From: Basidiobolus meristosporus CBS 931.73
Lineage: Eukaryota; Fungi; Basidiobolomycota
Length of the DNA: 64,000 nt
NCBI GenBank assembly: GCA_002104905.1
Contig: MCFE01000002.1
Span: 248,559-312,558, forward strand
Direction of reading: 5' to 3'
Shown here piece by piece: positions 13,460-27,380 of this stretch. The position numbers and the translations under genes are program-made. Numbering within the stretch: position 1 is the stretch's first letter; each line of letters begins with the position of its first letter. Below the pieces are notes generated by a model. The model saw only the letters and a program-made list of their open reading frames with translations. It searched no databases and was not told the origin of the DNA.

Positions 13460-14333
13460 ATGAGCGATCGCGAAGGGGGAAATGGCCTCGATGACGATTT
13501 GTCCTTGCCCAAAGGTAGAGTGCTCTTTCAATCCCAAATGCTTTTCTACCCCGTTCAAATGTGATCCTTCCAACTGGTTTGCTAGTTGACACCATCAAGC
13601 CAAACCTCACCCCAACTTCAACAAGTTACGCGGGGAAGTCCTTGTAGTTTCGCTCCCACTCCATAACCCCCTTTTATGACGCGTGTCTCAATACACATCC
13701 ATTGCCACCAGTACCAGCTAACTAACGTCTCTCTACCTTCCACCAGCTACTGTACAGAAGCTCATCAACGAGATGATGCCTGACGACATCGTCTGCGCAA
13801 AAGATACCCGGGATCTTTTGATCGATTGCTGTGTGGGTAGGTTGACCTTTCAGCCTGTGTGTTATGGTCGTCCCTACGCTTCGCTTTGGCTAACGTTTGC
13901 TCGATTTTTGGCCTCGTGCAGAATTTATCCACCTTATAGCTTCGGAGGCTAACGAGATATGTGAGAAGGAGGCGAAGAAAACCATCGCTGCCGAGCACGT
14001 GATCGCCTCACTGCAGGTAAGTCGAGATAATCCTTTGTGAGGGAAGGGTTTGGTGACTTACAGAGTTCGATCTTTGTAGACTCTTGGGTTCGAAAATTAT
14101 CTACCGGAAGTACAGGAGGTGTTTAAGGAGCACAAGAAGCAACAGAAGGTAGGCATCAGCTCGTTGTACTTTCGAGGATTCAACTTATTGACATGATCAT
14201 ACATATATCTCAGGATCGGGATCGTAAGAGCTCGCGTTTGGAGAACAGCGGGATGTCCGAGGAAGAGCTTCTACGCAACCAAGCGATGCTATTTGCCCAA
14301 GCGCGAATGAAGTATGAGGCGCAGCAGCAGTGA
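13460..14333 (+). CDS. NCB2: Negative cofactor 2 beta subunit (Dr1), multi-exon
   Basis: Spliced reading DDDLSLPK/ATVQKLINEMMPDDIVCAKDTRDLLIDCCV/EFIHLIASEANEICEKEAKKTIAAEHV... Confidence 0.92.
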
Positions 14334-15083
14334 ATTACCAACCCGAGTAACTATCTTATGTAAATGGGGCTTGTTGGATGGCCGACCTCCAAGCAAAGCA
14401 ACCACCATTTCCGGCTCTACCCAACCCAACCTAGCCTTAGCCTATATGCTACGGACTCGGGACAATATGTGCTTGTTAGACATTCTGTAAATATCTCTTG
14501 AATCTTCCCCAATTCCTCCATTTGTCATTTACTCGATTGACCTTCCATCCAACATCCAATTGAGGGGTTGGTATGGCCACGTTCGTTTGGTGGAGCTTGA
14601 ATCCATTGTTGCGTTTCTGGTCATTATCTCTTTCTTAACCTTAGTGTGCAGTGCTCGAATCCAATATCTCTATTTCGGATGCTTGATAGAACTTCCGTCT
14701 ACTTTATGTACCTTCTCAGGCAGATGCATATACCGATCTCTCTCCATTCCCTGATGTCGTACCTCGGTTGAATAAAGAACGTTGGTTTCATGTGTGAATT
14801 TTACTTCAAAGTGGAAATCCCTTCGATGAACGCAGTCGCGGGCAAAGTGAAACCTTTTATGAATAAAAACTGGAAATTCGCCAAACAACCATCACCCATT
14901 GGCAAGACGTTGGTAAAGTGAAGTGTCCGACAAGCTTGGATGTTGAGGGACAGTCTATCCACGTGATGCACGGATCCGATGGGGGGGGGTACAAATAGAA
15001 CATGTTCGCTACGGAGATAGACTACCGAAGTTTGGCCAAATAACAAATGAACGTTGAAAACCAAGTCTCTCGCGTGACTCGTT

Positions 15084-16111
15084 TTACTCGTCCATGTCCT
15101 GCATGACATAGTCTTCATACGCGTAGCCCCTACGGAAAGGAATCGCATTAATTATGATGGGAACAAGGCGAACCCACGACGATCAACTCTGCTTACTTTT
15201 GGCTATCGACATCACTCCCAGACTCGGAGTTGTCGTCCTCGCGTACTGGCCCTTGATAGCTAGGGGAGAATATGGAGATATGAGTTTGGGCTTGGGCTTG
15301 GCGAGACGTCACCACCTGGGTCAACCCCGGCCTACCTTAAGCTACTGCAGGTGAAGAAGAGGATTCTTTTCAGTTTGCGGTTGAAAAAGAAGTAGTTGAA
15401 TGACCAGCTGTTCGGATGCAACAAGGTTCGGTTAGACAAGACTCCACGCTGGACTGGTGCAACAAGAAGCCTTACATGGAGCTTTCGTCGGCGAACGGAT
15501 CCGAGTCATTGTCGGGTACGTAGGAGTACACATCGCAATCGTTGAGCGTGATAGCCTCGTCAAGAACATCCCAAAACCGATGGGTCTGAATCAAATCAGC
15601 CCGTCCAAGACTAAACAGGGTGGTGTTGATGGAGTTCATAACCATAGGCAGAGAGGGCTGCTTACTAAACTGCTCTGGTTTCAAGTCGCTACGAGAGAAG
15701 GGAAGCAGTCAATACGAGCGGGGAGCAGTACAGCGCCAAGGGTTCCTCACCTGAATTCGTAATCAGGGAAGGATGCGTTCAGGGTGGAGATCAGATAGAA
15801 CAGCGTTTTCCGGGAGGAGGGCTGATCAAGGGGACCGAACGGGGATACGATCAGGTGGAGGTTTTGTTCCGGGGATAGACTGTACGCGGTGAGCTCCTCT
15901 TGGTGACGGGTCTCCAGCTGTTTGTACAGCTTTTTCTCGGCGCCGGTGCTTTTGCCTAAACAAAACGTCAGTTCTACGGGTGGTGGAAAGCGAGGAATGG
16001 GCCACGCGTACAGGAAAACGCCTCGACTCTCCCGTAGATTTTGCTGTCGGGCGTCTCGAAGATCAGGTACTTGTTGATCACGTCCAGGGTGGGAAACTCG
16101 AGAAACTTCAT
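15084..16111 (-). CDS. MAF1: RNA polymerase III repressor Maf1, multi-exon
   Basis: Starts [13 protein letters not shown]...GRVEAFSC; contains [15 protein letters not shown] and [18 protein letters not shown]; acidic end ...MQDMDE*. Confidence 0.9.
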
Positions 16112-16660
16112 GGTGGTATGTTAAAGCGACCGCTGGGCTCGAAGGTTGGTTCTTCTCGTGTCTCTGGTTGAAAGACTTGTGAATCGTGGGTGGGATAAGA
16201 TTAGTGGCGTATAGTATAATCCCGCCAGAAATATATAGAAAATTTTTGGGACATTCGGTTAGCCGTATGCTCGTTCAAGTGAATTTCGATCTCAATGGTG
16301 GTTACACGTGAATTGATGATCTCTCTAAGGTACTTCAGTCTAGTTTCTGGAAACGATGGTCAGAAGTTCTCTATCGATCACATGATGTAGGACCGATTTA
16401 CCCAAATATATCCAAGTACGTGAATATTATCTATGTAAATGTAGACGAACATCTTGTCATCAGTACATATAAGTGACTGGAGGCTACGATGGAATATTTA
16501 TACGAGGAATGTATTTGAGGAGCATGCAGACTAAATGACCAAACATAGTGACTGCAGATAACTAGGTCACCAGAGGAAATTGCCTAACCTATATTATACG
16601 AAGGATCGAGGTTGATTATACACAAGGTGCTGGAGGTGTCCGGGGTGTCCGGGGTGACAC

Positions 16661-19600
16661 TCAAGCTATGAGCGAAAGGATGGTATGGACTGCGTCGAGG
16701 GGTAATTGCGGGAGCACCCCCGAAAGGAGCAGCAGCGTTTGCTTGGGATCTTCGGACTTCTGGCTCTTGATCAACTCCGACATTTGCCTTAGCACGCACG
16801 GGTTTGGTATCTCGTTGTATATCAGATACCCACGAAGATAGCCTTGCGGATTCAGGGGGAACTCGAGCTGGTTGAGGTACTGTCGGATCGTCTGAGTTCG
16901 GTTGGGGTCGTCCACTTGGGTGAAGGCGGTGCTGAGTTGATGCTCGATGTAAGCCCGGAACTCTTGCTGGATAAGAGGCTCGTTGCGACTGTGGTAAGCC
17001 GGAGAGTTGTAGTAGTGAAGGATGATCTTGGTGTTCCATAACGAATGGGACTCTACCCGGCTACGCAGAGATTGCAGGCTATGGTATAGCGCGAGGTAAG
17101 TGTGGAGGATTTCCGGTTTATCTTTGGTCACGCACTCGTAGAGTATCGATCGACAAAACTCGGACAACCCTTCGGTCCCAGTCCCGACCCCAACGCTGCT
17201 GGCGGTGTTGGCGTCCTGTATATCACAGAAGTATTGTGTGAAGGCCTGCAGCTGCGGGTCCGCTGAGAAGGATTTCATGTCTTCAGTAACTGCCGAGGCC
17301 CCCTTCATATGGCTCAATCTCGAGAAGCCCTGGGTCAGGATGCTTCTGTAACCCTTGGGGTCTTCATTGTATGACAGATGGCCGATCTTTCGTTTGACAA
17401 ATATGGTTGGGTTGTTGGAGAGGGATTTGGCGTGGAACTCGTTCCCTGCGATATCCAACACGATGGGCCAATACCTCGGACTACTGATGGTAATGGAATG
17501 AACGATCTTAAGGTCGGGAAGCAGACATGGTGTAGTCAGCTCATACTCCGATGTCTCCCCGTCTTCTTTGAGCAGTTTCACCGAGATGGGTATATGGCAG
17601 GCCTCTCGGGTATCTATATCCCGCGTGACCAAGCAGCGCGGCTCAATGGCCAAGACCCAGAGATGTCTGAGTGCTTGGAGATGGGATCGATTGTCGCCAG
17701 GGTCTTTCGGGTAGCGAGGGAACAGCGAAATCACAAGAGCCGCGATGGCTTTGTTTGACCTTCCCAATGTGAAGTTGCCGCCTCCTAGGAAGAGAAGGCC
17801 AAGTGCCATATGCGATGCCATGTGGTTTCCGTAGGTGACATCTGGCGTGATTCTTCCGTGTAGCACCCGTAATCTACGCATCACCTCCAGATTGCCAGTG
17901 CCCGCCATGACGAGGGCAACAGAAGTGCACACCACATCTAGACAAGACTTCACCGTGCTCCTGGTGATATTCTCTTCAAACGCGGCTGACGGACCACCCG
18001 ATGACAAGAGGATGAAATGGTCCAATTTGGCCAAGAGACACTGGAAGGCCGTCTCGTTTGCCGATCCAGCATACTTCAAGCCAATGCTGAAGCAGGCCCC
18101 AGCAACAATATAGTAGCAGAAGCGCTTCATGGATTCCCTGTAGGGCAAGCTTATGCTGGGGCTGCCCGGGGAGCTCTTCAACGCGGGCTTGATCGAATCG
18201 GGGATCTGGGACTGAATCCACTCCTCGGTAGGTTCAATGGAGCTCCATAGGATCAAGTTGCGGCTGATAACTCTCAAAGCTGTGAAATCAGGTCGAATGC
18301 TTTCAAGTTGTGCCCAGTTGTCCGGAATTCGAAGTTTTTCGGCAACAACCTGATTCTGCGTGCGGATATACATCAAGCCTAGAGCAAGCGTAGCTCCAGG
18401 GGCAGTAATGTCGGTGTTAATATACACGGACTCGTTTCCCTTAGACTCTGCACATCTCCCGAGGCCTAGAGGTTTTCCATTCTTGTTCAAGTGTCTTCCC
18501 CCGTTCATCAGGCGACACAGCTCTTCAACAATGTGCAAGTCGGTAAGCCCCGCCATATCATCGCCGCGACCTAGAGTGATTAGCCCAAGGGCAACTCCAG
18601 CCGAGAGTGCCACGCTCTCAGGCAGGTCGTGAGCTTCTGAAGATGGCGTGTTTCTTTTTCCCAGTTCTTTGAGCATCACTTCAACCATTCGTCGATGAGA
18701 CGATCCCAAGTAAACGAGACCCATTCCTAATAAGCTTGCCGACTGGGTAAGCGGAGAAAGGTGGATATCCGAAGAATCAGGCGACAATAAGGGGGGGATG
18801 TGGATTGCTAGTAATTTAGTCACCGTGGTGTCCATCGTACCACAGTAGGCGGAGGATAATCCAAGGAGCAAGCCTATCGACGTCATATCATGCTTATGGG
18901 TCAGGTAGCTAAACGAATGCCATGGGACCATTCTTCGGAGGTGACCTGTTAATCCAAGGGCATAAAGCAGCCCGGCATGCTTGCTATCCGGCTCATCAGG
19001 CCTGTTGTATACGATCCAAGAGCCATCGATCTCACTACAGTATTGTGATATCCGTAAACCAGCAGCGACACCGTCATGGAAGGACGGCCATTCCTCGTAT
19101 TCTGGAGGGAAAAGGGCAGTATCCAAGGCAACCACTGAATTCAGAGGGGGAATCTTCGCAGCAACGGTAATCCCCGGAATGGGGTATTTCTCAGCCAAAT
19201 TCGGTTTAAAGGTGCCGAATGTTAAAATACCGCGACCCACCGGTAAGGCATAGGTGCGGCGAGAAAGAATTCCTATGTGGCCTTGTTGAACAGCGGATAT
19301 CTCGTGCTCGCTGGTCTCAGCCAGATCCGAAATGAACAACTTCACCGGCTTTGTGGACTGCAGTAGCCTTTGGACTTCTTTGAGCCTCAGGTCGTCGCAA
19401 AATCGGAGCATCGGGATTTCGTTCAAGGTAATCTCTGCGCCGGTTTCGTCGGTGTTTGAGCCCTGGATTGGCAGTACAGATTGGCAAATGCTATGAACAT
19501 CCGAAGGTTGATTTGCCTGTGATCAGCAAGGGGTTACACATTGGACTGTATCGATGTGGCGTGGTTGGCAACGTACCATTTGCTTTTTGGATGATTCAGG

Positions 19601-22345
19601 GGGCGACAGGTTGCTTTGAAGCTGCTCAGCCATGTCTTCTCTACCTAATGAACAATCTTAGCACCCAATCAGCTCTTTCGATAAACGGTAAGCATACCTA
19701 TCAGTCTGTAGGCGTCTATTGGCCAATTGGCTGAAGGCTTTTTGCGGCAATGATGGATTGCCTCGCGGAGCGGAAGCGAGATACCAAACGGAAGTTGTTC
19801 CAGGTCTCTCTGTTGAAAATCTTCATCGATCATCGTCTTGATCAACGATTCAGGATTTTCTTGGCACGAAACCAGCGTATGGAAGAGTTTGCAGATTGCT
19901 CGAGTCTGTGTGCAGCAACGTCTGTTCAATACGAAGTCTTCATCGCTACGGCCGAATATACTCGGGATTTGGTGAGGCGAGGGAAAGTCAGAGATTGGCT
20001 TCAAGCTAAGAATATCCAGCACCCATTGGTATATGTTGGGAGGACTGATAGCAATCAGCTCATATTCCGGCGGGGTTTCAATAAGCAGGCCTAGATGAAG
20101 GAAATTGTCAGCAATGTTTGCGTAAGAATTGGCGGTTACGTTCGGTGCTACCATTCGGAAGATCATAATCTACATCATTGTCTCGTCTGTAATAATCAAT
20201 GTAGTTCTCCCATTGAATAATCGTTGCAAGTTGAACAAGTACGGGGCAGAGATCCTTGGTAGAAGGTTGAGTAATCACGTTCAACTTCGCGTCTTCGTAG
20301 ACTAGGTGAAGAGCAAAAAGCACTTGTGCGAGTAGGTTCGGAAAGCAGGATACCACTGGATGAGAAGTGTGCAGTCTTCGGGATTCCTCATAAAGCCTAG
20401 TATATTTGTGCTTCGATAAAACGGGTAAACGAGAATCACCCAAATATGCTTCGAAATTTTGGTGGAACCTCGCGTGATGCTCCGAGCCAAGCAGAAACTC
20501 CCAGTCATCCTCCGAGTCCTGTTCTGAGTTACTAACAGAATCTGGCTCGACTGAGCGCTCTTGAGCAGATGTTCCAGCGGGAAGTTTTGCTTGACAGAAA
20601 TAAAGCAGATTAACAATGAATGTATCCCATTCGTCATCACTGCCTGCATATTGCCATATTGCAACGTCAAATAATGCGCCAAAAAGGTACTGTATGTGTC
20701 GATAGGAAGGGCGCAACTAAGCGCTTTGAGACAGCGACGGACTAGCATCGATTTAGGAATAAAATCTAGCGCAACCCGAACTACGCTAGAGTCCGAGAGC
20801 ATGAGATTGACTCGACTAGAGACCTGATCCTGGATATCAACAACGTGAACATTTCCCGGATCACGGAACAAAGTTGGATTCTCGTCGAATGACATGTCAT
20901 GGCTAATGTCCATCGACATGTCCATGTCCATGTCCATATCAGAATCAGAGCATGGTGTTGAAGAGAAGATCGGATGACTACGGGAGGGAGTGTGAGGCAT
21001 CTCGGGCGGTTTCGCTACGTCCAAAATCTTTGTTGAGAGCGTGCACTCAAGTTCAACCTGGCCAGCGACTTGTAGTTGTAAAGTCGAATTGGGCTTTAAT
21101 ACAAGAATGTCCACCAAGTCCTTTCGAATCGCTTTGATGGGTATTGCTGCGATTCCCTCAGTCTTCAGAACCTGCTTTGACTTGCCTAGGTTGTTCTGAC
21201 TGTAAGCAATGTCAAACCCATACAACGTCTTTGTAGCCTTGAATAGAAAACATAGCACCTCGTTGCCTCTTAAATCATGCGAAATGAAAACATTGTCGGC
21301 TTGGCTACATAGAATAAACCAACATCAGTATGTTTCTTGTATATGAATAATGGGGGCTTTACCTTGCAGATGGCTCGGACCATAGCAATTGCAAGGATAT
21401 AGGAGATTTCATCTGTGCAGTGTAGCAATAAGATAAGGCAGATGTTTGTTCAGGTTCGCCGGACCATACTCTCTCGAGTTCTAAACTTGACTCTCTGCGA
21501 CTTTTTTTGTTGGGCACATATGGCACTTTCTCGTCTGTTGTTTGACTGATCTTGCTATAGGTCCAGATATAATGCTTACGGGTTGACTTGCTAAATGTAA
21601 CTATAATCGGATGATTGTCCGTCCTGTCGCTTACAAATACCACTGCATGATTCGCGTCAGCAAACGGCTGATCTAGAATCAAGGGTGGAGGAAGGGCTTT
21701 GTCAGGGCGTGTTGTAAGATACTTCATTTCTTCAAAAGGCTCTAACAGTGTGAAGAATATGGGAAAATTGTTCAACTCTGGCCGCGCCATATGGACCTTA
21801 TCCTCAAGGCCGCGTTTGAAGAGCAAACCATTCGTTAAGGGCCAAGCTTCTGCGACAGGAAATGGTAGGTGGATGATATGTGCTTCCCCATTTTCAAAGT
21901 ACACTCGCGCGGTGTCACGCAGTAGTACAAAGAGGATTTTCCTTCTAGCTGCAGTGTGTTTTGCACTTGAGTTGGATCCCTTTTCGGCATTCGAGTCCTC
22001 AGGAGCTTGGTTAATATTTTGACCAAGTTTATCCGCTTCGAGGATGTCACTCATTTGCTTTTCCTCAAAGCATGCCCAAAAGGCCTGCCGGATCGGAAGT
22101 AGCTCCTCGGGGAAAGTGAATTTTTTCTTCAATAATGAGCCTTGACTCCAGATGACACTGGTTCGAGTGAGGTAGATTTCCTCTTCCCCGCCGCCCTTTG
22201 CTTCATATAACTTGTAGTTGTTTGGTAAAGAATACCGAGGCTGGAAGGAAGGAAAATGCGGTAAGAATACGTCAGTTGGCTGTGTCGAAACACTTGAAAG
22301 TGTTGAGCCGTATGGTTTGAATTTCCCTAGATACTGGACTTGCAT
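16661..22345 (-). CDS. APC1: Anaphase-promoting complex subunit 1, multi-exon
   Basis: Starts MQVQYLGKFKPYG; contains FHDGVAAGLRI, HAGLLYALGLTGHL, PC repeats, YGNHMASHMALGLLFLGGG and DNRSHLQALRHLWVLA. Confidence 0.95.
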
Positions 22346-22610
22346 AACAACTCATGTATGGACACTCAGTCGGCACTACTCCACACCCAGTATCTGACCA
22401 AATGAGCAAACAACTTTGTGTTTTCTTTGTTTTGTTTTCTTGAGATCGATAATTCGAATTTCTCATCCAATTGCTACCCCCTATAGTTGGTCGATTTTTG
22501 TATGATTGTTGGAGGGCCATCTATGGATTTCTGGAGAAAAACCAGTCTCCCGATGACCATATCATTGGTTTATTATATACAGTATTCACTTGTATGCTTT
22601 GCTCCTACCT

Positions 22611-22994
22611 CTACTCTTCATGATGGTAATACTCTCTAAAAGTGACATAACGACGTCTATGTGGCTGGCTATAGTGCCCTTCGAACTCCTCGATGATCGC
22701 GTTGGTGACCTCCTCCAACTCGGCACACATTTCATCAAACAGGTCAACTTCAGTGATCTTAGGGCCTAGGAAAAACGCTTCCAGCCACTCTTCGTCTGAA
22801 TCGTCGTCAGAAACGTCGGTGTACCACTCTTCCCAAGATATATCGTAACTTTCCACCGTGGGCAGAGAAGCATTCTGCTCGAGGGTAACCTCCTCAATAA
22901 CCACAGAATGGCCAGGCGATATAATGGTTCTTTTGGAAGTAGTGGTACTGACACCGCTGTTGGGTGGCGAAACTGAATCTTTCTTGGAAGACAT
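22611..22994 (-). CDS. Hypothetical acidic protein
   Basis: 127-aa ATG-started ORF in intergenic space; no recognised domain. Confidence 0.4.
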   Translation of the reverse strand: MSSKKDSVSPPNSGVSTTTSKRTIISPGHSVVIEEVTLEQNASLPTVESYDISWEEWYTDVSDDDSDEEWLEAFFLGPKITEVDLFDEMCAELEEVTNAIIEEFEGHYSQPHRRRYVTFREYYHHEE

Positions 22995-23494
22995 GGTTGG
23001 ATCTTTTATTCAAGAGCGCACGACAGCCTTGGGGATGATTAATTTGATGTGTAATCGTTGTGATACCCACGTCTGATGGTTATATAGTATTCACTGGGCC
23101 TCCAACGCCATTATGAACATCCAATTACGCGCATTGCCATCCCTCATGAAGCAGCTGTAAAAACAACGTCACCTTTCGGGATGTTATGATTGGGTAGCAC
23201 GAGCTGTCATATCAGTCATTCAAGTCTAGATACCTCGCTGAATGACACGATGCTCCGAAAGCCGGATCTTCCGGCCTGAGCCGAAAACACTGATTAAATA
23301 ATTGATTAACTCCTCGAAAATTTGATGTCAACCATGTCAAGTCACCTCTCTTTCCTCATTGGCCATTGGCTGGAGTTATGTTTTTATATTCCTAGTTACC
23401 CTATTACCAGGGTGTCCCAAACATAAAGTAAATAAAGGGATTCGACCAATATCCCGAGACTAGCTTGAGCAGACTTCGCCCTACTCTTGTTATT

Positions 23495-24482
23495 ATGCTG
23501 CGCTCAAGAAATACACATCTAGATAAGGAGAATGAGGTGCTGATGTACCATAGAACCCCTGGACGTGGTTTGAAAAATTCTACCACCAATGCGATGAAAA
23601 CCAAAACCCCACATCTCAACGCCAAAACCCCATTTCGTAAGCAACCAACTCAACAATCCACTTCGATTATTTTCACGCGTATTAACCCCCTCCTCCTCCC
23701 CCGACAGCCCTAACAGCCAAAACAAACACGCGCGTCGCCACCGAGAACAGGCCCGCACTTCAGGCTAAAGGAAAAAATTTGCTCGAAACTACGGCCAGAA
23801 AAGGGGGATTCCTCAAAGATATCACAAACAAGACACCCGCCCCAGGGAAGACCGCTCAAAAAACCACCAATACCAACAAAAAGGCACCTTTAGGAGGCTC
23901 CCTCAAGAGAAGCTTGTTAAAGGACAAGCTCCTTGCAGTCAGCAACAATAACAAAGCCGTCAGTATTGAGAAGACCGACTCCAATCCATTCATCGAGGAT
24001 TGTGTGCCCGAAGAAGTACTGGAGGCACCAAAGGAAGAGGATTTTGAGATTGAGTACATGCCTCCCAAACCCAAGGGTACGTCTAGTAGTATCAAAGGAA
24101 ATGACGCGAACCTTGCTAACCTTGCTAACCTGGCACCCCACAAATACAGAGCTGCCCTACGATCCAGGCTTTGATCTCGACTTTGATGACCTACTTTCCC
24201 TTCCCACAGATAATTTCTACATGAGCAGAAATGCCGACAAGTACGAACCGAAGTCCCCAGATTTTTCACTAGAGGATATTGGAAGTGGCTTCAGTGGTAA
24301 GCAATCATTCGCACTTTCAGCCAGACGCACCAAGCTAACGTATGATATTAGATCTGCCAGACTTGCAATTTGACGACATACCCGAATCCAAATTCGAAGA
24401 CATCGAAGTCCCAATGTTCCAACGCATGTCACTACTTCCGCGGCCAACACCCATCCAGAAGTTCAAACTGAGCTATAAATAA
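23495..24482 (+). CDS. Securin-like (Cut2/Pds1-type) APC/C substrate, multi-exon
   Basis: KEN box (DKENE), D-box-like RPALQAK and FLKDITNKTP, and EIEYMPPKP...ELPY resembling the fungal securin separase-binding segment. Confidence 0.6.
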
Positions 24483-25296
24483 GTGGTTGTCATGAATGTA
24501 TATGAATTGTATGTATTAAATAAATCTCCATGATCTATTACCGAATCTTTTGTTCAGAACTGGCTTCACACTCCTAGTCAGAGTGAAGGAACCTACATCA
24601 AGTATGCGTATATATGCATAAATGGTCGTGGTGAACGAGGATGGCACACGACTCGGATCATCCTAGCAAAGACGTGGAGTGCTTGCATATAGCAACTATA
24701 CTCTTATTATTGCTACCCGTGCCGGAGATTCTTCCGGAAACACCACTGTCACACAACCATAATTACATGCGTAGCTGGGGACGCTAATTGCCTAAACCCT
24801 AAATTGAATTCTAATCCAACCCTAATTCATTCTTCACCTGATTATTTTGCTCATTCGAGCCATATACTTGCTAAATATAGTTCTGATTCTTGGCAGATAA
24901 TTGGTAGGCTGAAAGACAACTGACCTGTCGTTGTATTGTGAAGTGCGCATTTGTGACAGAGTAGATTATGATGGTTGGGATCTCTTGTACAACCCACTGA
25001 CTACGAGCTGGTTACAGGTGGAGAATGCTCCAATTTCTCAGCAAGCGCCTGTCTGGAATTTAACCCCTTTTTCTGGATTGCTTTTAAATTGCCGCATGAT
25101 TGCTGAACCTGCACTCTTCTATTACTCTGTTTCTTCTCTGGAACCATCTGCTCTTTGTTTCGTGTAGAACCTGTCCCTGTCCTTCCAACGCACCCAACAA
25201 AGCCGGTCAACTAACTGGCCGGTCTAAAACTAAAAACATTAAAGCACTCCTTCGAGGAAGCTATCCCCACCACTTTAGTAGCACCCTTCCACCAAC

Positions 25297-26181
25297 ATGA
25301 GGACCGAAAAATCGTTCAAGAGACTGCTCAATTCTGAAGTGGCCCGCCTGATCTACGCCGCCATCTTTCTTATTGTGGTTGCGTACTTCATGACCATGTT
25401 CCAGCAACTCTCCGACAGAAGGTGGCTAGATAGTAATACCAAGAGTCCTTTGAAGGATTTGGGCTTCGAAGCATTCCCATTCCTTTCCACGTTTTCCGTG
25501 GCGGATGCGCTGGTCATGTCACTGCTTGGCATCACCTTGGTGGGTATCACCATAGCCTCCCGTAAGCTTTCCAAGATCATAATCTTTTGGCGTCGGGTGT
25601 TTTGGCTGACAGGGCTGCTTTACTTCTATCGCGCCTTCACCATCATAACCACCACACTACCCCCAACCAAAGATTGCGAGCCTGTGGTGGCCGATTCGTT
25701 TAGCGAGATGATGTTGGTAGGCACCTACATGATCGTAGGTGTTGACAAGGCATGTACCGATAATATCTATTCGGGGCACACGATGATTGTCACCTCAAGT
25801 GTCATGATGTGGAATATCTACACTCGTGTCCCATGGTTCAAGCTATACGCCCTGTTGCACGCTATAGCGGCAATCTACACCATTATCGCATCTCGACTTC
25901 ATTTCACTGTGGACGTGCTGCTCTCTCTCTTCATCACGTATGCGATGTATTGTATATATTTCGGCCTGGTCAGGTCTGCCACACTGCAGAGCTATCGCGA
26001 GGCCCTTGGGGAGGTGGAGAGTGAGCGGGATGAGCAGTATCAAAGTATTGCCTACACCCCGCACATCCTAAATCGGCATCTGATCCGAATTGTACGCTGG
26101 ATGGACGGTATCGACCTAAGAGTGCACGCCAAGGCCAATGAGATGGCCCTGCCAACTACCACTAGCATGTCACAGATCTGA
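25297..26181 (+). CDS. Sphingomyelin-synthase-family (PAP2_C) membrane phosphotransferase
   Basis: About 6 hydrophobic segments; CTDNIYSGHT and SRLHFTVDV catalytic motifs (SMS D3/D4 type). Confidence 0.8.
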   Translation: MRTEKSFKRLLNSEVARLIYAAIFLIVVAYFMTMFQQLSDRRWLDSNTKSPLKDLGFEAFPFLSTFSVADALVMSLLGITLVGITIASRKLSKIIIFWRRVFWLTGLLYFYRAFTIITTTLPPTKDCEPVVADSFSEMMLVGTYMIVGVDKACTDNIYSGHTMIVTSSVMMWNIYTRVPWFKLYALLHAIAAIYTIIASRLHFTVDVLLSLFITYAMYCIYFGLVRSATLQSYREALGEVESERDEQYQSIAYTPHILNRHLIRIVRWMDGIDLRVHAKANEMALPTTTSMSQI

Positions 26182-26323
26182 GGATTGCTTTGCAAGAACA
26201 TAATGACCGAATCTATAGAGCACTGCTTATTAGCTAATCAACATTGCATTCATAAGATACCGATAATAAAAGCATCGTTTTTGAACCACCTCGGGGTTTA
26301 TTAGTTGTGTTTGGCTGAGGCGA

Positions 26324-27380
26324 TCACTCTGTTGCCACGGTATCACGCAGATCACTGAACAGCTTCATGGTGTTGCGCAGTCCAAACAGATACTGCTCGT
26401 CCGGCCCTGCGCCAACTGACCACCTGGAGTGAGCAAAATCGATCACTCGGAAATCGAGAGAATGGCCACCTTCATCATCGCTTTCATCCTCCTCTTCCTT
26501 CTCCTTTTCCACCGGGCTCTCTCCTAAGGGATCCCCTTCGTAAATGAACAACACTGAGGCGGAGTACATACGCAGCTCCGATTTCTCCACCACACTCAGG
26601 TACTCGTTCATCTCCTCAAGGAATCCTTCGATGATGCTCAATCGATACTTGCGGTCCAATGTTGGCGGGAAAAATTTGCATATGGCGTCGAATAGTGTGT
26701 CATCCTTCAGCTTTCTACCAAACTCTCTGGGGTATACGGTATATGCCTTTGTGTCTCTATCGAAAACCTATAGGGACGCCTCGCAAATAAGTTCCTTGGG
26801 CAAGTTGGGGCTTTTTCCTGCGCGACACTACCTTGAGTCCGCACACTCTAACTCCTAAGCTGGCGGAGGTGGTTCCCTCGGCCTTGGCAATCATGCGAGC
26901 TCTCTTCTCGGGCGTGGCATCATCGTCATAGAGGCGTGTTCCAAGCTTGATGTCCAGAATACTGGGCTTTCGGAACCCGTGTGAAACATCCTCAATGCAT
27001 ATACAGAGTATGGCACCTAAGTTAAGGAATCAAAGGGCAATAGTTCGAGCGAGCAGAACCGGATGAAGCTAACAAAGGATATCTTGTTCCGGGTTGGGAA
27101 CGTCCGTTGGGTTCTGGATGATGGTCTCGGCATCATCGGTGTTCTCAAGCATGGCCTTCTCCGAAGGGGTAGCTAAACGTAGGGTGCCGTAGAATCTTGG
27201 AAGAAAATTCTGGAATTCGGGAAAAGAGGCGCTTTGCTCATAAAAGGCGTACTCCATCTCGCAACAGGGCTTAGCTATCATCCCATTAGCAAGGGAGTAG
27301 ACTCCACCGTGGCCTGCTACCTGATGCTCAAAAGCACGGGCTTCAGCGGTAGGTAGGTTGGTAGTCACTTGGGCGGACAT
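26324..27380 (-). CDS. Inositol polyphosphate kinase (IPK family, Arg82/Ipk2-like), multi-exon
   Basis: HQVAGH, PSILDIKLG, SASVLFIYEGD and VIDFAHS motifs. Confidence 0.88.
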
